Positions 36,013-49,055 of a stretch of DNA of 64,000 bases are shown piece by piece. The stretch is from Lingula anatina (Eukaryota; Animalia; Brachiopoda). The notes beneath the pieces are model-generated. The model had not been told where the DNA came from. It searched no databases and saw only the letters and a program-made list of their open reading frames with translations. The stretch is from the NCBI GenBank assembly GCA_051362555.1, contig CM120643.1, positions 25,982,848 to 26,046,847 on the forward strand, read 5' to 3'. Each line of letters opens with the position of its first letter. The stretch's first letter is position 1. Position numbers and translations under genes: made by a program.

Positions 36013-36405
36013 TGCCTAGCCTTGAAGCGAATTCATGCTAAGAGAAATGTAAAAACACATTTGTTTCTAGTGATTAGTTTTTATGGTGTTGTTTACGCGA
36101 AGAAAACGATTTTACAGTATATTCTAGTTCAATTACACTGTTCAATTAACCTTTAGCCACTGTCCAAGTATAACCAACAATTTACTTATGAAACGTGTTT
36201 TAAGAGTGAAATGTGATTCGCTAACTCGATGTGCGTAGCTCACAGGACCATGTCCGATTCTGTATAAAAAGGTGCTCAAAGGCCGCATTCACAACAGGGG
36301 ACTAACTAGTCCGCGGATCAAATATGGCCGAGCCATTTGAATGTTTGTTGCGTAAACCTCGCAGGGGATCTATTCTGTGTCTATTACCCAGCAGGCATAG
36401 TTGGT

Positions 36406-36408
<3 letters not shown>

Positions 36409-36446
<38 letters not shown>
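36409..36446. repeat. (AT)n microsatellite
   Basis: Directly visible. Confidence 0.9.
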
Positions 36447-36448
<2 letters not shown>

Positions 36449-37066
36449 CCAAACTGGCCCTCTCTGTGAGAAAGCAGAAAGTTTCCATTTGATCCTTAAC
36501 TCCCCAACGAAGCGTACGCGTCTGTGGTTCCGTAGTAACTTCGCCGTCTTGGACACACAGAGATACGTGGGTTCGAATCCCAAGATTTCCAACTTCAATT
36601 TTTTAGTCAAAGAATTTCTAAAGATTGCATTTGGTTACAATAAGAGGAAACTCGTACGTATGGAGGGTGGGTGGTTGGTCACGGTCCAGTCTGTAGCGGG
36701 CTTGGTTGCAAAAAAAATACCAGGCCTCGGGCTTGGTTGCAAAAAAAAAATACCAGGCCATCAGCAAACAATGGTTACGTCAAGTCACGAGTTCAAATCC
36801 CAGATGATGCGTGTCAGTTTACAACAACGAGATGGCCCTGCAATCGAAAACGAATGCAAACTCTCGGCAAACTCTCGTGTGTCCTAGCAATTTACCTTTT
36901 GCATAAAAATCCGAGATTGCATGTCATACAGTCCCTTCATAAAGAAAGCTATCTGTTCGTTGGGATTATCAGCAAGAAAAGTTTTTTTAAGTCACATTGC
37001 TGCTATTGCTTTACCTAATCATACATTTTGTTTTCATGCCCCCTCTCCATCCTTTGGCCTTGCTTA

Positions 37067-37289
37067 TACCCCCTTTACACTGGACGGCGTCCTTTCTGCG
37101 TCCTTTTTGCGACCATGAAATTTGACATCGCTGTGGTCTTAATAAGGAGGCACAAGCATTGATTTTGTATCAGAATGAATGCTCAATGATCGGCCAGTTG
37201 TCGGCACGTAAAGTATTATAATTTTTTAACTCTCAAATAGGGCCGTACTGCTGGACGCAGAAAGGACGCCGTCCAGTGTAAAGGGGGCT
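37067..37289. mobile_element. 223-bp Tourist-like MITE
   Basis: TIR CCCCCTTTACACTGGACGGCGTCCTTTCTGCGTCC with TTA on both flanks. Confidence 0.88.
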
Positions 37290-37560
37290 TTATCAAGACT
37301 GTACATATAATCATACAGCACCCGGGGCAACTCCACACTGGACGTTTGAAATGACAAAGACTACTCACAACTAAACCCGCCAATTTGTGAACCACTTTGG
37401 CTCTCATCGTGCTCTATAACGTCACAGGTTAAGTCAAACGTAAACTCGGCGTAAAACAGAATAAAAATAAGAGCATCTGAAGTCATTTAACTAGGAACGT
37501 TCCGGGCAGGCTTCTAAAAAATGACGTACTGTAACTTTCCCGCCATAAAACCACGTCATA

Positions 37561-37765
37561 CAGTGGCGGATTTAGGGGGTTCTGAAGAAAAGATCACCTT
37601 TGAAATTAGAATTTTGATCATCTGATTCTTAGTTCTAAACCGTGCCATATGGCGCCGTTTGCCCTCTAAAACACTCCAAGGGGGCCGAGGGTCGTCTTCT
37701 TATCCGTGGCCTGTCATTCCTAAAAAAAATGGACCCCCATTCAAATATTCCTGGATCCGCCCCTG
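37561..37765. mobile_element. CAG(G/T)GGCGGAT MITE copy
   Basis: CAGTGGCGGATTTAGG ... CCTGGATCCGCCCCTG, with the interior shared with other copies. Confidence 0.8.
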
Positions 37766-37951
37766 AAGAGACTGTCAATTTAATGTTTAGCTATTACCAA
37801 GAAGTTATAAAGATTTATAACTTCTTGCTATTACGTAAGGTTGTCACCCAAATGGCTAACTTTTGGTTGTCTTTGGGCCAATGAAAGAGAGCAGCCCCCC
37901 CCCCCCCCGGGACGATTTTCCTGTAAGAACCCGGTAAAGTGGCACGGTAAA

Positions 37952-38002
37952 CAGTGGCGGATTTAAAGGGGTGTCAGTGGGGGCCTAACCCCCTTCGATT
38001 TC

Positions 38003-38038
<36 letters not shown>

Positions 38039-38219
38039 ACATCAATGGTCCCCTCTTGAAATTAGAATTTTGACTTGCTGAATCATAGTTCTAAAACGTG
38101 CCAAGTGCCACCGTTCGCCCTCTAAAATACCATTTTTTCCGGTTCCTTCAGCGCCAAGGGGGCCGGGGGGTCGACTTTGCATCCGCGGACCCCCTTAAAA
38201 CATCCTAGATCTGCCCCTG
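37952..38219. mobile_element. CAG(G/T)GGCGGAT MITE copy
   Basis: CAGTGGCGGATTTAAAGG ... CCTAGATCTGCCCCTG. Reverse-complement match to 15607-15979 and 47159-47436. Confidence 0.8.
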
Positions 38220-38240
38220 CAGATACTATTTTTCTTTGTC

Positions 38241-38678
38241 TAGGACTGGGTTCCCGTACATAGATCGATCCATCTGGATCGACCTAACTCCCTGGGGAGT
38301 CTCACTGAATTGTTATGAAACAGCTAGGGGGTAAAGATAATTACCCCCTAACAGCTTTACTAGGCGTGACAGACATTTAAGCCGGCCAAGTTTAGAGCAA
38401 TTTAGTGAGACTCCCCAGGGAGATAGATCGATCCAAATATCTGTGGGATATCTGGTCTCTAGGGGCGCATTCCCATATATTTTAGATCGATCTATCCCCG
38501 TGGGGAGTCTCCCTAAATTACTGTCAGATAATCCGACTTAAATGTCCGTCCCGCCTACCACAAGCTGTCAGGGGGTAATTATCTTTCGTGCCCGCTCGGC
38601 TGACAGCTATTTAGCGTGAACCCCCAGGGAGTTAGGTCGATCTTGTTGGATCGATCTAATCTCTGGGAATGGAGTCTA
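38241..38678. mobile_element. TAG..CTA-ended palindromic MITE built from two tandem hairpin units
   Basis: Outer inverted repeat TAGATCGATCCA..GATCGACCTAACTCCCTGGGG. Each half (~38259-38435, ~38482-38658) is itself a palindrome (GGGGAGTCTCACT..AGTGAGACTCCCC). Confidence 0.7.
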
Positions 38679-39370
38679 GGGCTTCTTAATAGTGTACAAC
38701 TCTCGAATCGCTGTGGTTGACTCTAACATCATGTTTGTGGTGATAATATGAGAACATTTCATGTTCTGTCGGAAACTAACGTGAATGGTTTCAGTTCAAC
38801 TTCGACCTGCCATCTTATACTATAATGTCACTCTCACCAAAGTCTACTACCCTGGTAAGAAATATTCAGAGAATGAGTAAAGAAGCACCATTTATGAATG
38901 GTGCAGAAAAGTGACTGCACATAGATTTTCTATTGTGTCTAGCCAGTGCGCGTGGTATGCTCTTCCACTCTGGTGGGTTTTACCTGATGTAAGAATACCT
39001 CATGAGTAAAAGGTCTGCGTTTGTAATCACGAAGATGTGTATTTAAAGCAAAAAAGGGTAATATTTAATGAACCGCGAACTATTCTTATGTGTCTCTACG
39101 AAATGTCAGGGAACCCTCTGTCACGCAAAACGTGCTTTCTCCAGCTAGGTAAAGATCGACGGTTTTTAGCTTTTTTAAAATTTTCTGCTTCTTGCCCTTC
39201 ATATGGTGCATTTACAGGTACACTATGTTAGGGTAGAAGAAAAGTCGAAAAATTAGTTTGAAGACATAAAAAAATGGTGATGAGGTAAGTAAATAAATAT
39301 AAACTAAATTAAAAACCATTACAGAATTGAACATACAAATAAATGGATGAATAATAATAATAATAATAAT

Positions 39371-40214
39371 AACTAGACTGCAACTGGCTTAAGCCAGTGG
39401 CGGAGGATTCCCCTGCAAAATAGGTGTGGAAAGGCTCTTACAAGGTCAAGTGAAGGTCATGGGTTAAATTTGACCCCATATTCTGAAAGAGCATGTGCGA
39501 ATTGGGGGGGGGGGGGGGGTCAACAAAACATCAATTTTAGCCCACTTCAATATTTCTCCATGAAATAGCCAAATGACCTTGAAAATGAGGGTCAAGGTCA
39601 AATTTGACATTTGATTTGGGGGTTTTGGGTATATGTTTGGGGTAGTTTACTATAGCATGCTATGACCAAAAACCAGTGTTTCATGGAGAAACTGCCAAAC
39701 TCAAGATTTCTGCAATGTCATAAATATTTAAAAAGCTATATTAAAAAAAAGGAATTAAGCAGTCGCTACCAAAGTACGGCTAACCTTAGATAAATATATA
39801 GGGCATCATTTGCCACTATGATCGGGGCTCTGAGACTTCCGGTTTCTGAGATCTCGGAAACAAACCTTTTTTGAGCCCGTTTGGCCATTAGCGACCTTGA
39901 CCTTGACCTACTTGCATAAAAGTAGGTCATTATATGTGGATTGACCTCAGTATCACTGACCATAAGGCCCATAGCCATACGGCTTATACTTAAGGCCTAA
40001 TGGCAATTTCAAATTTTACAAATTTTGCCTTTAAAAGCTCCTGTGACCTTGAAAAGTAGGTCAAGGTCACTGAAACTGGGTCTATTGCATATTCTTACCA
40101 TAGGCTACCTATGTAAATTATTTCAGATTTTTTGCGAAAAAAACGCGCGGAAAGAATAATAATAATAACTATAATACTACCAAAAACAATAGTATTCCCC
40201 TACGGGGAATCCTA
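39371..40214. mobile_element. Helentron-associated non-autonomous element (HINE-like)
   Basis: AACTAG start, subterminal IR GGATTCCCC / GGGGAATCC, 3' hairpin TTCCCC-TAC-GGGGAA, TGACCTTGA/TCAAGGTCA core motifs and an internal (AAT)n. It sits within an (AAT)n tract with no definable TSD. Confidence 0.75.
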
Positions 40215-43200
40215 ATAATAATAATAATATTTTCTAGTCTAAAATCCATATTAAATGTTCAGTAAACTTAACATGGGTAAAATGAACATAATTAGATGAA
40301 TAAAGTCAACAATAAAATAAGTGATTAAGATATTAAAATGTGTAGTACAATGTAAATAAATAAAGACAGTTAAGAATTTAAGATATTTAAATAGATAGCA
40401 CAGTGTAAAGAAAAGAAAACAATACACCTGCGGTAAAGAATGTCTCTTTGACTTTTGCTACATAACCCTTGTACATAATTCTCGCAAGTGCTCTCAGGTT
40501 TTTGTGACCAACATTATTACGTTTGAGATAAAAAAATTATAGACAGAAGTAAAATGGTGCTTTGTTATCTTCTCTTATCACTTCCTGTTCAAAAAAGTTA
40601 GATGTTCCCGTACCCCAGGGGTCTAATTCAATTCTCAGTGGACTTGTTTGTATGGAAATTGACACCGGGAAAGCTGTTGAAATGGCATATGATTGCAAAA
40701 GATAATCTGGGAGGACCATATAACAAAATGCGTTTTTACACAATATCTGTTATCTACAAATGATGTTAAATGTCAAACTTTCAGTTGTTGAACTCAGGGG
40801 ATCCGCCTCAAATGAACTTCCTGAATTACTGCAAAAAAGTTCATGCAATCCAAGGATAGCATCAAAACGCAGACGAATTGTTCATTTTCTAGACAAATAA
40901 TCAAAACCATATGGAGAACGCGGTTTATTACGTACAGGCCCCAACGCAGTAACGAATTAAGATTTGTTAACAATGAGCTACGCACATTGGCCATAAATGC
41001 ATCATTAAGTACCGGTGCATCTTATTTTCTACACATGGCAACTTTTTTGATTTTCAAGTTTCCATTGCGATAAATACCATGTTGATATGTAGGTTTTAAT
41101 ACGAAGAAGCTGTAACGGCTCATATCTGAAACTCATGGTACCAATCCTGATAAAACACTCGTTTGCCTTGTGACTTCACTTCACCACAGTTTTACATTTC
41201 ACGCCGTCTGGAGAAAAATGAAAGGTTGTTATTTTGGACACCGGTAGATGTGTTTGGTCATTTGTAGTTAACATTAGGTACGTGACGGTGTTTTTTTTTC
41301 AACATTTAGGATAAAATAAAGAAAAAACTCCGACCACCCCTCTGTCTCCAGCCCCTGATCTCAGCAATGCTTTTTGAAAAGTTCTAAATAATGTACATGT
41401 ATATAATAGTATACATTTCTTATGGATGACAGGTGTGGTAGATTGATTCTCATCACAATTTGCACAATCTGAAAATTGTCAATTTTGCGTGCTTTTGACA
41501 AGGACCGGTTATTGCGATTTCTTTCAATTTTGCAGAAAAATGAAAGGTTATTATTTTGGATCTTTATAGTGACCGTCTGCAAGCAACAAATCCACGACCT
41601 CTTTCTCACAGATTTTTACTTCGGCAATAGAGTCATTCCAATTCTTTAATTTTTGATTAATTGATTGCCAAACGATGTGAGCTTAAACATTTAATTGTTA
41701 TGGCCCCATCCCTTCTATCTATCAGAGCTTCGATTGAGCTTAGAAGCCTCTCTGCGGCAGTCGTGAACCGACAATGAATACAACCACAGCACGGGTTCTT
41801 ACAGATAACCGCTGGGGTAAAGCAACTTCGATGACGATCACAGCATTGCTTAATTAAAGAAATAAAATGGAGAGATTTCATCGAAAAGCGTATAAGCAAG
41901 TCGCTACGTGCTAAAGCATTGGTTTTGTAAAGGTGATAGCTTGTTGTGAAAGTGCACACAAAAGAAACGACAGGCGCCAGCAAGGAAGTTTATACAAAGA
42001 GCGATCGGTGAGTAACTTCACTGGCGTCTTGATATCACGTAATGAGCATGATTTCTTCATGTAGCACAATTACGATAATTCTGGAATTAACATGCCCATG
42101 TATCCAAAATGAAAAACTGTTAAGGCTGTTGAATATCACTTCCTACGCTAAAATTGGATATTAGCAGCAGTGAATCGTAAATTGGGTAACATCACATACT
42201 TTACTCAACGATTTTGGGTAGATTATACCTTGGTGATAAATGTAAAATTGCTGTTAATTCAATGCTATATAAAGATCTCAAGCACATTGTATGCCTCGAA
42301 AAGCTAATGATTCCAAATTGCCGGTATTTTACAAAAGGCCGATTCCGTTGAGAATCTCTGCCGGGGGGGGGGGGGTTACGAGACAGGACTGGGTACAGTC
42401 AATAACAAGTGCTCTTAATGCGAATCTTGGCATCGTAGCTTTCCTGTAAAACAATGATGAATCACTTAAGCACTTGTGGTGAAACTTTATTCCGTGGAGG
42501 TTTCACCAAAGGTAAGTGGCTGAGTGGTATTGGACAGGCATAACAAGCGGCCAGGGATGCACTGTTAAGAGAAATTGAGTCACGTGGACCGTTTCAAAAA
42601 TAATTGCTATAAAGATAAACTGTTTGGAATATATACAAAAAATCCTGAAATCTTCAACTTCTCACTTTACCTAACCTCTTCTACAAAGCCTTTCATTACT
42701 GCAAAAACATCAATCCAAATTGAAATAAAAATTGTAGCTGATTATATCGATGGGTATGTTAAGAGTGCGACACTTTTGAGCTGCAAGTCATTTCAACCTA
42801 ATTAATGTGTCATATGTTTTCAAAATACGCTTCTTGAAGTTTTTTGTTTTAAGATTTATATGTATCGTTCTGTGTACCAGGTTTTAATCATTATGAATGT
42901 TTTGAACAAACAAACTGAACAAATTCAAGTCAGGTAAATATGTGTCAGATTGTAACACCATATGAAACCAATTGCGGCGTTACTTTGTTCTACATGTGCA
43001 TGTGATAATGGAATTAACTCCATCTGATTGGATTCAACAACCACAATATCTATGTTCTATATTTAGAATTTCAACAACACAACTTACCAAACTGTAGCTT
43101 GAGCTTTTTTATCTTTGTCAGGAGTGTCAAAGGAAAAAGTTTAAGCCAGTTCTATTTTTTTGAAAGGGAGGCAATGGAACCAAACACTACGATACAATAT

Positions 43201-43836
43201 GTAATTTTGTTAAAATTGATATTTTTTTTGATAAAGTTCAAAGCATGGAATACATCAAAAGACGCCTCATGTATTATTGTAAAGATAATATTTAATAATA
43301 ATGAATATAAAATGTGCGATATAATAAGTTTTTATGCAAGGCGTATTTATTACCTTAATTGATATTTTGTAGATAGATATTTTTGTAGATATTTTGAGGT
43401 TAAAAAACGCCAAACATCGTCTTGTGACCTGGTTCTCATATCGAGGCGCGACGTTTTGTCCGTGTGCGCGTACGACGCACTCCCACCGTGCTTTCGACTT
43501 TGCTCGTTAGCTGTGAGGGTGTGCTCCGTACTCAACACGCAAAGGGCACTTGCTCCTTCATTAAGCTTGGAATTTATTCGTAGAATCTTTTGGACATGTT
43601 CAATATCCTTCGTACGTGGTTACGGGCTGTCTGCAAACTCAAAATTCCATAAGAAGGACTTGCGTGGCCCGTGAGATTCTTTGCAAAATTTGGACGCAAA
43701 CAGCCCGTAGGAGCTCGTGCGACCGGTTGTGACTGAGGCTTTACATATACAAAGACATTTAAACCAAGTGTTCAATTTCTCTACTTATAAAATATCAAAT
43801 ATCCCTGTACTTATACAATATTGAATAGATTTCTAT

Positions 43837-44100
43837 GGTCGCATTCAGAACAGATGATTCGCGGACTAACTGATCTGCGGATTAAATATGACCGACCCAC
43901 TTAAAAGCTATGCTGCCTAATCCCCTGGTGGTCTCCCCGCGCCATCACTGCAGAGGCCTAGCAATTTAACCTCGAAGCCGATATTTAATCCGTGTGGAGG
44001 CGAGGACACCACTACTGTGTAGGCATTACTTTTTAGTGGGATCGGCCATATTTAGTCCGCGGGTCAATTTGTCCGTGGATCAGCTGTTCTGGATGCAGTC
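43837..44100. mobile_element. MITE, same family as 21259-21529
   Basis: Long imperfect TIRs GCAT(T/C)CAGAACAG(A/C)TGAT..CGGA...AAATATG(A/G)CCGA. Confidence 0.8.
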
Positions 44101-45988
44101 TGAGTTTGACTTTTTATTCACATCTCCTTATTCTTAAAATGAAATTCAATCCAACAAATTCTGACAGGAATGAAAGTTTGACTTCTGAATGAAAATAACT
44201 ATAATATTTGAAATGGGTAGGGATGCTATCCAACAACGGTCTAAGACGTTCATTAACATGCAAATTCCGTGTGAATTGTTGGCATGGTCCCTTTGTCCCT
44301 CACCAAGAATTATCCCTAGACAGATTGAAATGAAAAGGCATTTTGTACGCAAATGATTTTACAATGGGCAAAGCGACTGGCGAGACCATCGTCTGCACAG
44401 TTTTAGGTCAGGTCATTGATTTGGAAATTTATTTTAGGCACATTGGGGTCTCAAGCTTGTAAAATAATACAGTTCTTAAGTTAAATTTCTCCAATAATGC
44501 TTGTATAATTTATGACAAAGGTTATATTTGATTCATATTTTGGATGCCACTTGGGACAAAAGGAGTAAAAAAAGGATAAGCGTTGTGAGCAAAGTAGTGT
44601 GACTCAAAATGATTATGGTTCGTTTTTGAAATGAAATTGCTCGGAACTGATACTGCAACTGTACATGTTCATCTTATCCTGTTAGATCAATCAAAACCGT
44701 GGAAATAACATAAAACAGATAATGCAATCTAAGCCATAAAATGAATTCTTGTGTATTTTTCTATCACCGATACGCAGTTTAACGTCCATTTTTGTTAGCC
44801 ATGCAATGACGGTTCGGGGGTTCGGGCGTACGGAGGGGGGGGGGGGGGAAACAAAGGGGCTCCGGCTCCCCTTCTGTCTCTTCAGTATCCCTTTGTCCCC
44901 TACTGTTTTTTTCTCTTCCTTCAGACCCCACCCCCAAAATAATAAAGAAGTAAAAAGAATAACGCACAAAACAAGCTGTAGACTAGCGTTTTTTTTTGTG
45001 ATTTACGAAGTCTAGCAAACTTTTTATGACATTCCTTGTATCAATCGCCCCCCCCCATCCCATATCCCTTTTCCAAAAAAATGGGATCCCTGAATGACTT
45101 GCACTTAAATGAAACTCCGTCTGGAGCAGTCGTTTACCTGGGACTGTCATGATGGTTCTTTACATCTAAATAATGTCCCATCTGTCTTATTCAACCTCAT
45201 TCGTTCTTGGAAGCAACGGTATCTGATTTGATTCCTTTCAAGAGGAATAATTCTGATGAATTTAGATTAATTGATCTGCTTTGTAGCGTCTACTTAATTA
45301 GGCCTTTTCGCATCCTTAGATAACATAAACAATGCATCACAACTGCTTGTTCAATAACTTATCAACCTTGTTCCCAGACAACGCATTCTTTTTTACAGGA
45401 GCTAGCACTAGAACTTGGAACACGTGGGACTCCCATGAAAGAATGATCTTTCAATGCACTGAGGCTAACACCGTACATGTAGAGTGTGAGACAGTTTTCT
45501 CAGTCACGTAGCTTTGGCTAAACAGTAAGTCATTTTGAATAAAGACCATAGACAATATCAATAAGGTAATTTTAAACACATAGTACCTTACATACTATGG
45601 TCTTGTAGAGAAAGAACAGATACGGCCCTTACCAGAAGATGACCGGGTAAAATTTGATCCTATGGTGATTTTGGCAATGGTGGCAAGTTGAGAAGATCAA
45701 AGGTAAAGGGTCGGCCAATATACATGTATATGTAACATGAACACGTTTTTATATGTATATCCGGTATATCTGTATAACAAGTTTTTATATGTTTTTATAT
45801 GTATTTCTGGTACGTTACATGATGATAGCCCGCTCATTCACCCCAAAAAGTGGGTTACTATCATTATTATCTAACAGGGGACATTTTTGTAAAGTTAAGA
45901 TTAATGTGATATGTTCCCTTTGAATGCGATTGTCAATGTTTATTAGTCTTCATTATAGCTATCAACCAATCAATCAATTAAATAACCA

Positions 45989-46382
45989 AACTAGAAAAGC
46001 ACTCGAAGAGCGCAGACCTCCGCCAAGGCAGCAAAGTCTTCATCCAATGCCGTTTCACCCCTAAATCTTCGATATTTTTGATTATTGATTATTGATTGAT
46101 CATTGATCCGGACCACCACCAAAAACTAATCATCTGTTCCTTGGCCCACTTCTGACAGTTCCTGTAAATTTCATCAAAATCGGCCCATAACTTAGTTTTT
46201 TTTTATTATTGATTGATTATTGATCCGGATCACCACCAAAAAACTAATCATCTGTTCCTTGGCCCACTTCTGACAGTTCCTGAAAATTTCACCAAAATCG
46301 GTCCATAGCTTTTTGAGCTATGTTGATGACAGACAAACAAACAAACAGGGAAGGAAAACACAACCTCCTTGGCGGAGGTAAC
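45989..46382. mobile_element. Helentron-associated non-autonomous element (HINE-like)
   Basis: AACTAG start, subterminal IR ACCTCCGCCAAGG / CCTTGGCGGAGGT with a 3' stem-loop, two tandem ~120-bp cores (46080-46192, 46205-46311) and an (ACAA)n tract. Confidence 0.85.
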
Positions 46383-47158
46383 TATTGTGGTGGGTTAGGC
46401 TATCCCTCCATCTTGTTCTACGTTTTCCTCTTGGTATTCCTGTCGCATTTTTATTACAAATGATCAAATTGTACTAGCGTCGATTAAACAATTAAATAAA
46501 TAAATAAATAAAACCATTTCTTGCCAAAGGCATTCTGAAAGGGCAGCTGCCATATTGTAACCTGAGAAGGCTTTCTATTTGAGTTAGTTAGTTTTCACCT
46601 ATTACCGACCTCTTCTCAGAACCTTAGGGCTCGAAACCAATCTCACAGGATTTGTCGTCAAAACACATAGATTGCATGATCACTCAACACATGAACTTTC
46701 TTTTGTTTGTCTTTCAAAGAATCCAGATATAATCATTGGACAGAATGGCGTGTACTCGGGATTTCAAAGGAGCCGTCGAGTAAGGAAATCTGTTTGATTG
46801 ATCTTTTGGTTTATCTTGGGACACGGATTATTTCAATGTCTTTTGCGGAATTGAAAGTGTCGTTTTTTCTTTTGTGAAAAACTTTCACGATTTGATTATC
46901 CTGTGATGAATTGTTTTGATCATTTTGCCGTCCCTAACCTGTAAAATATAGTATCATTGACGTATCAAGTCTTAGTATTTAAACCTTAAACGATTTCACC
47001 CGATGGCCTTGAAAAGTGAAAGAACAATGAACTGTCAGCACGCAAATGAATCGTATAACTTAATATTGATTGTTTTGGCCTTTTAACCACTTAGAGCCAG
47101 GGCAGTCTAAGCAGAACTGAAAGGATACTGACAATAAATAGCTAGATAAATTATACAT

Positions 47159-47436
47159 CAGGGGCGGATCCAGGATTATTTGAAGGAAAAGGGTACGCGG
47201 ATGTGAAGCCGACCCCACTCCTCCTTGGCGTGGGGTTCGGGGCCCGCCAAAGGGCCCCGAAAAAGTTTGGAATTGAAGGGGGCGAACAGTGCCATTCGGT
47301 ATACGGTTTATACCTATGATTCAGCTAGTCGAAATTCTACTTCCAAGAGGGGACCGTTGTTTTTTTTTTCAGAAATCGAAGAGGAGGGGGGGGGGGGGGG
47401 TCGGGACCCGATTGACACCCCCTCAATCCGCCTCTG
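47159..47436. mobile_element. CAG(G/T)GGCGGAT MITE copy
   Basis: CAGGGGCGGATCCAGGATTATTTGAAGG ... AATCCGCCTCTG, colinear with 15607-15979. Confidence 0.8.
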
Positions 47437-47444
47437 TATTTATA

Positions 47445-49055
47445 CAGACTTGACATTTAATATGGAATTTTTTTTTCCAAATCATTTTTCATCAGTTTTT
47501 TTTTTCTGTTTTGCTGACTGATAAATGAAAACAAGGATTAAAATAGTGTTTTGATAACTTTGAATTATCTATTTGATGTCATTTTGACATCAGTTCATTA
47601 ATGGAATTCGCCAGAAAAACAAGCAAAAACACATTGCCTATTCTATGTCATACGACAACCATTAAAAGAGATATTTTGGATCTCCATATTTTCCAAATTA
47701 TTGTCTGTAAAAGAGGTACACACTCCACAAAGGATCCTCATGTCAGTGTCTAGTCACAGTAGCGGTTGCTGTTACGCCTGACCTCTTCTGGCTGCTACCA
47801 ACGCTCTCAACTGGCAAGGCATTCCTTGGGATAGGTTTTTAGAGTTCAATCTTAAATAATATTCCAGGTATCTGTCAAAATCTGTCCAATTTGAATGAGA
47901 TTTGTTGTAGGACATGTAGGCCATTGATTCGGCGAGTAATGGGCTACCCACATATTGTCTATGTGGTTCAAATATGGCGATTTTGGTGACCAAGGTAGCT
48001 GCTCATTCCTTTGGTTCTCTAAGTAATCTGCTATTAAAAGTGCTCTGTGTGAACCGGCAATCTCACCGCGCAACCTAAAATTGTTCCTAAGGTGCCCCCT
48101 ATCAAATGATAGTCAAGTGGTTCCCAAGTATTCCTTTATTTGATCTGGTTCAGGTTTTCGTCGATGACTACCATTGGTGTTTTGGCACCAATGTGGTATT
48201 CACTCCAAATACTGACGCTGTTAATAACCTTAGTCACTTTAGACACGGCACGGGCTTCGTCGCTGGCCTCTTCTGGATGTCAGTAAACTCTGTTTTGACT
48301 AGTTGAGCCCTACAGGTGAAATCTGACCTCAATAATGAAAGCCACGAGGTTTCAGTGTTCAACCCAGAAACGGTTAAGGTCCCCAGTTCATTAGAGAAAC
48401 ATACAACGATGTTTTGCTGTTTACAGTGGGTTCCTCGGAGGTCGTCTGGTATTTGGTGGCAATTTACCCCTCATTCTGAACGGACTGGGTGGTTTTTCTT
48501 TAGGTACAACAGCATATCCCTAAAGACATTGGGCCCTGTACCTTGGTGGTAAGATATCAATACATTGGGTGTGGCCTCTGTGTAGGTACATCAGTCTAGG
48601 CATTACTCTGTAAAACTGTGCGGACCGTTTCGTTTGGCGCGATTATCTGTCTGGCAATGTCTGCCTTTTCCGCGCCATTCTGCCACAGAATAACACATTT
48701 TTTAACCAATGCATAGCTTATTTTACACACTGCAAAACCAACCACTTGCATGCAAAATTTCAAATTCTTCTATGCAGTAGTTGCCGAAATATTGATACTT
48801 TTTTGACAGAACCTTGCTATGCCAAAGCCAAGCTTTGACCTGCCCAAAGGAGCACTACCCAGTAAAATCACTGCATATTACATAATGCAACAGCGCAACA
48901 AACCTGGTATTCAGTTAATTGAAAACGACACAACTGACTACACACTTCTTCATTCACATATCTTATATGAGATCGAATTTTTTTTGAAAAAAGAATGCAT
49001 TTTTACCTAGGCATACCTTCGAAACTGAAATATTCCATATTAAAAGTCAAGTCTG
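47445..49055 (-). mobile_element. Full-length (1.6 kb) but decayed Tc1-family transposon
   Basis: TIR CAGACTTGAC(A/T)TTTAATATGGAAT with TA flanks. Minus-strand relics: 'SHRALLIADYL..LPWSPKSPYLNHIDNMW' (cf. WPxxSPDLNPIE), 'VAFIIEVRFHL' (cf. VLFSDESRF) and HTH-like 'KADIARQI'. Confidence 0.88.

Noticed and set aside
36540-36600. Isolated B-box-like GGTTCGAATCCC (similar one at ~50143)
   Set aside because: No convincing A box or cloverleaf. At most these are decayed SINE scraps.
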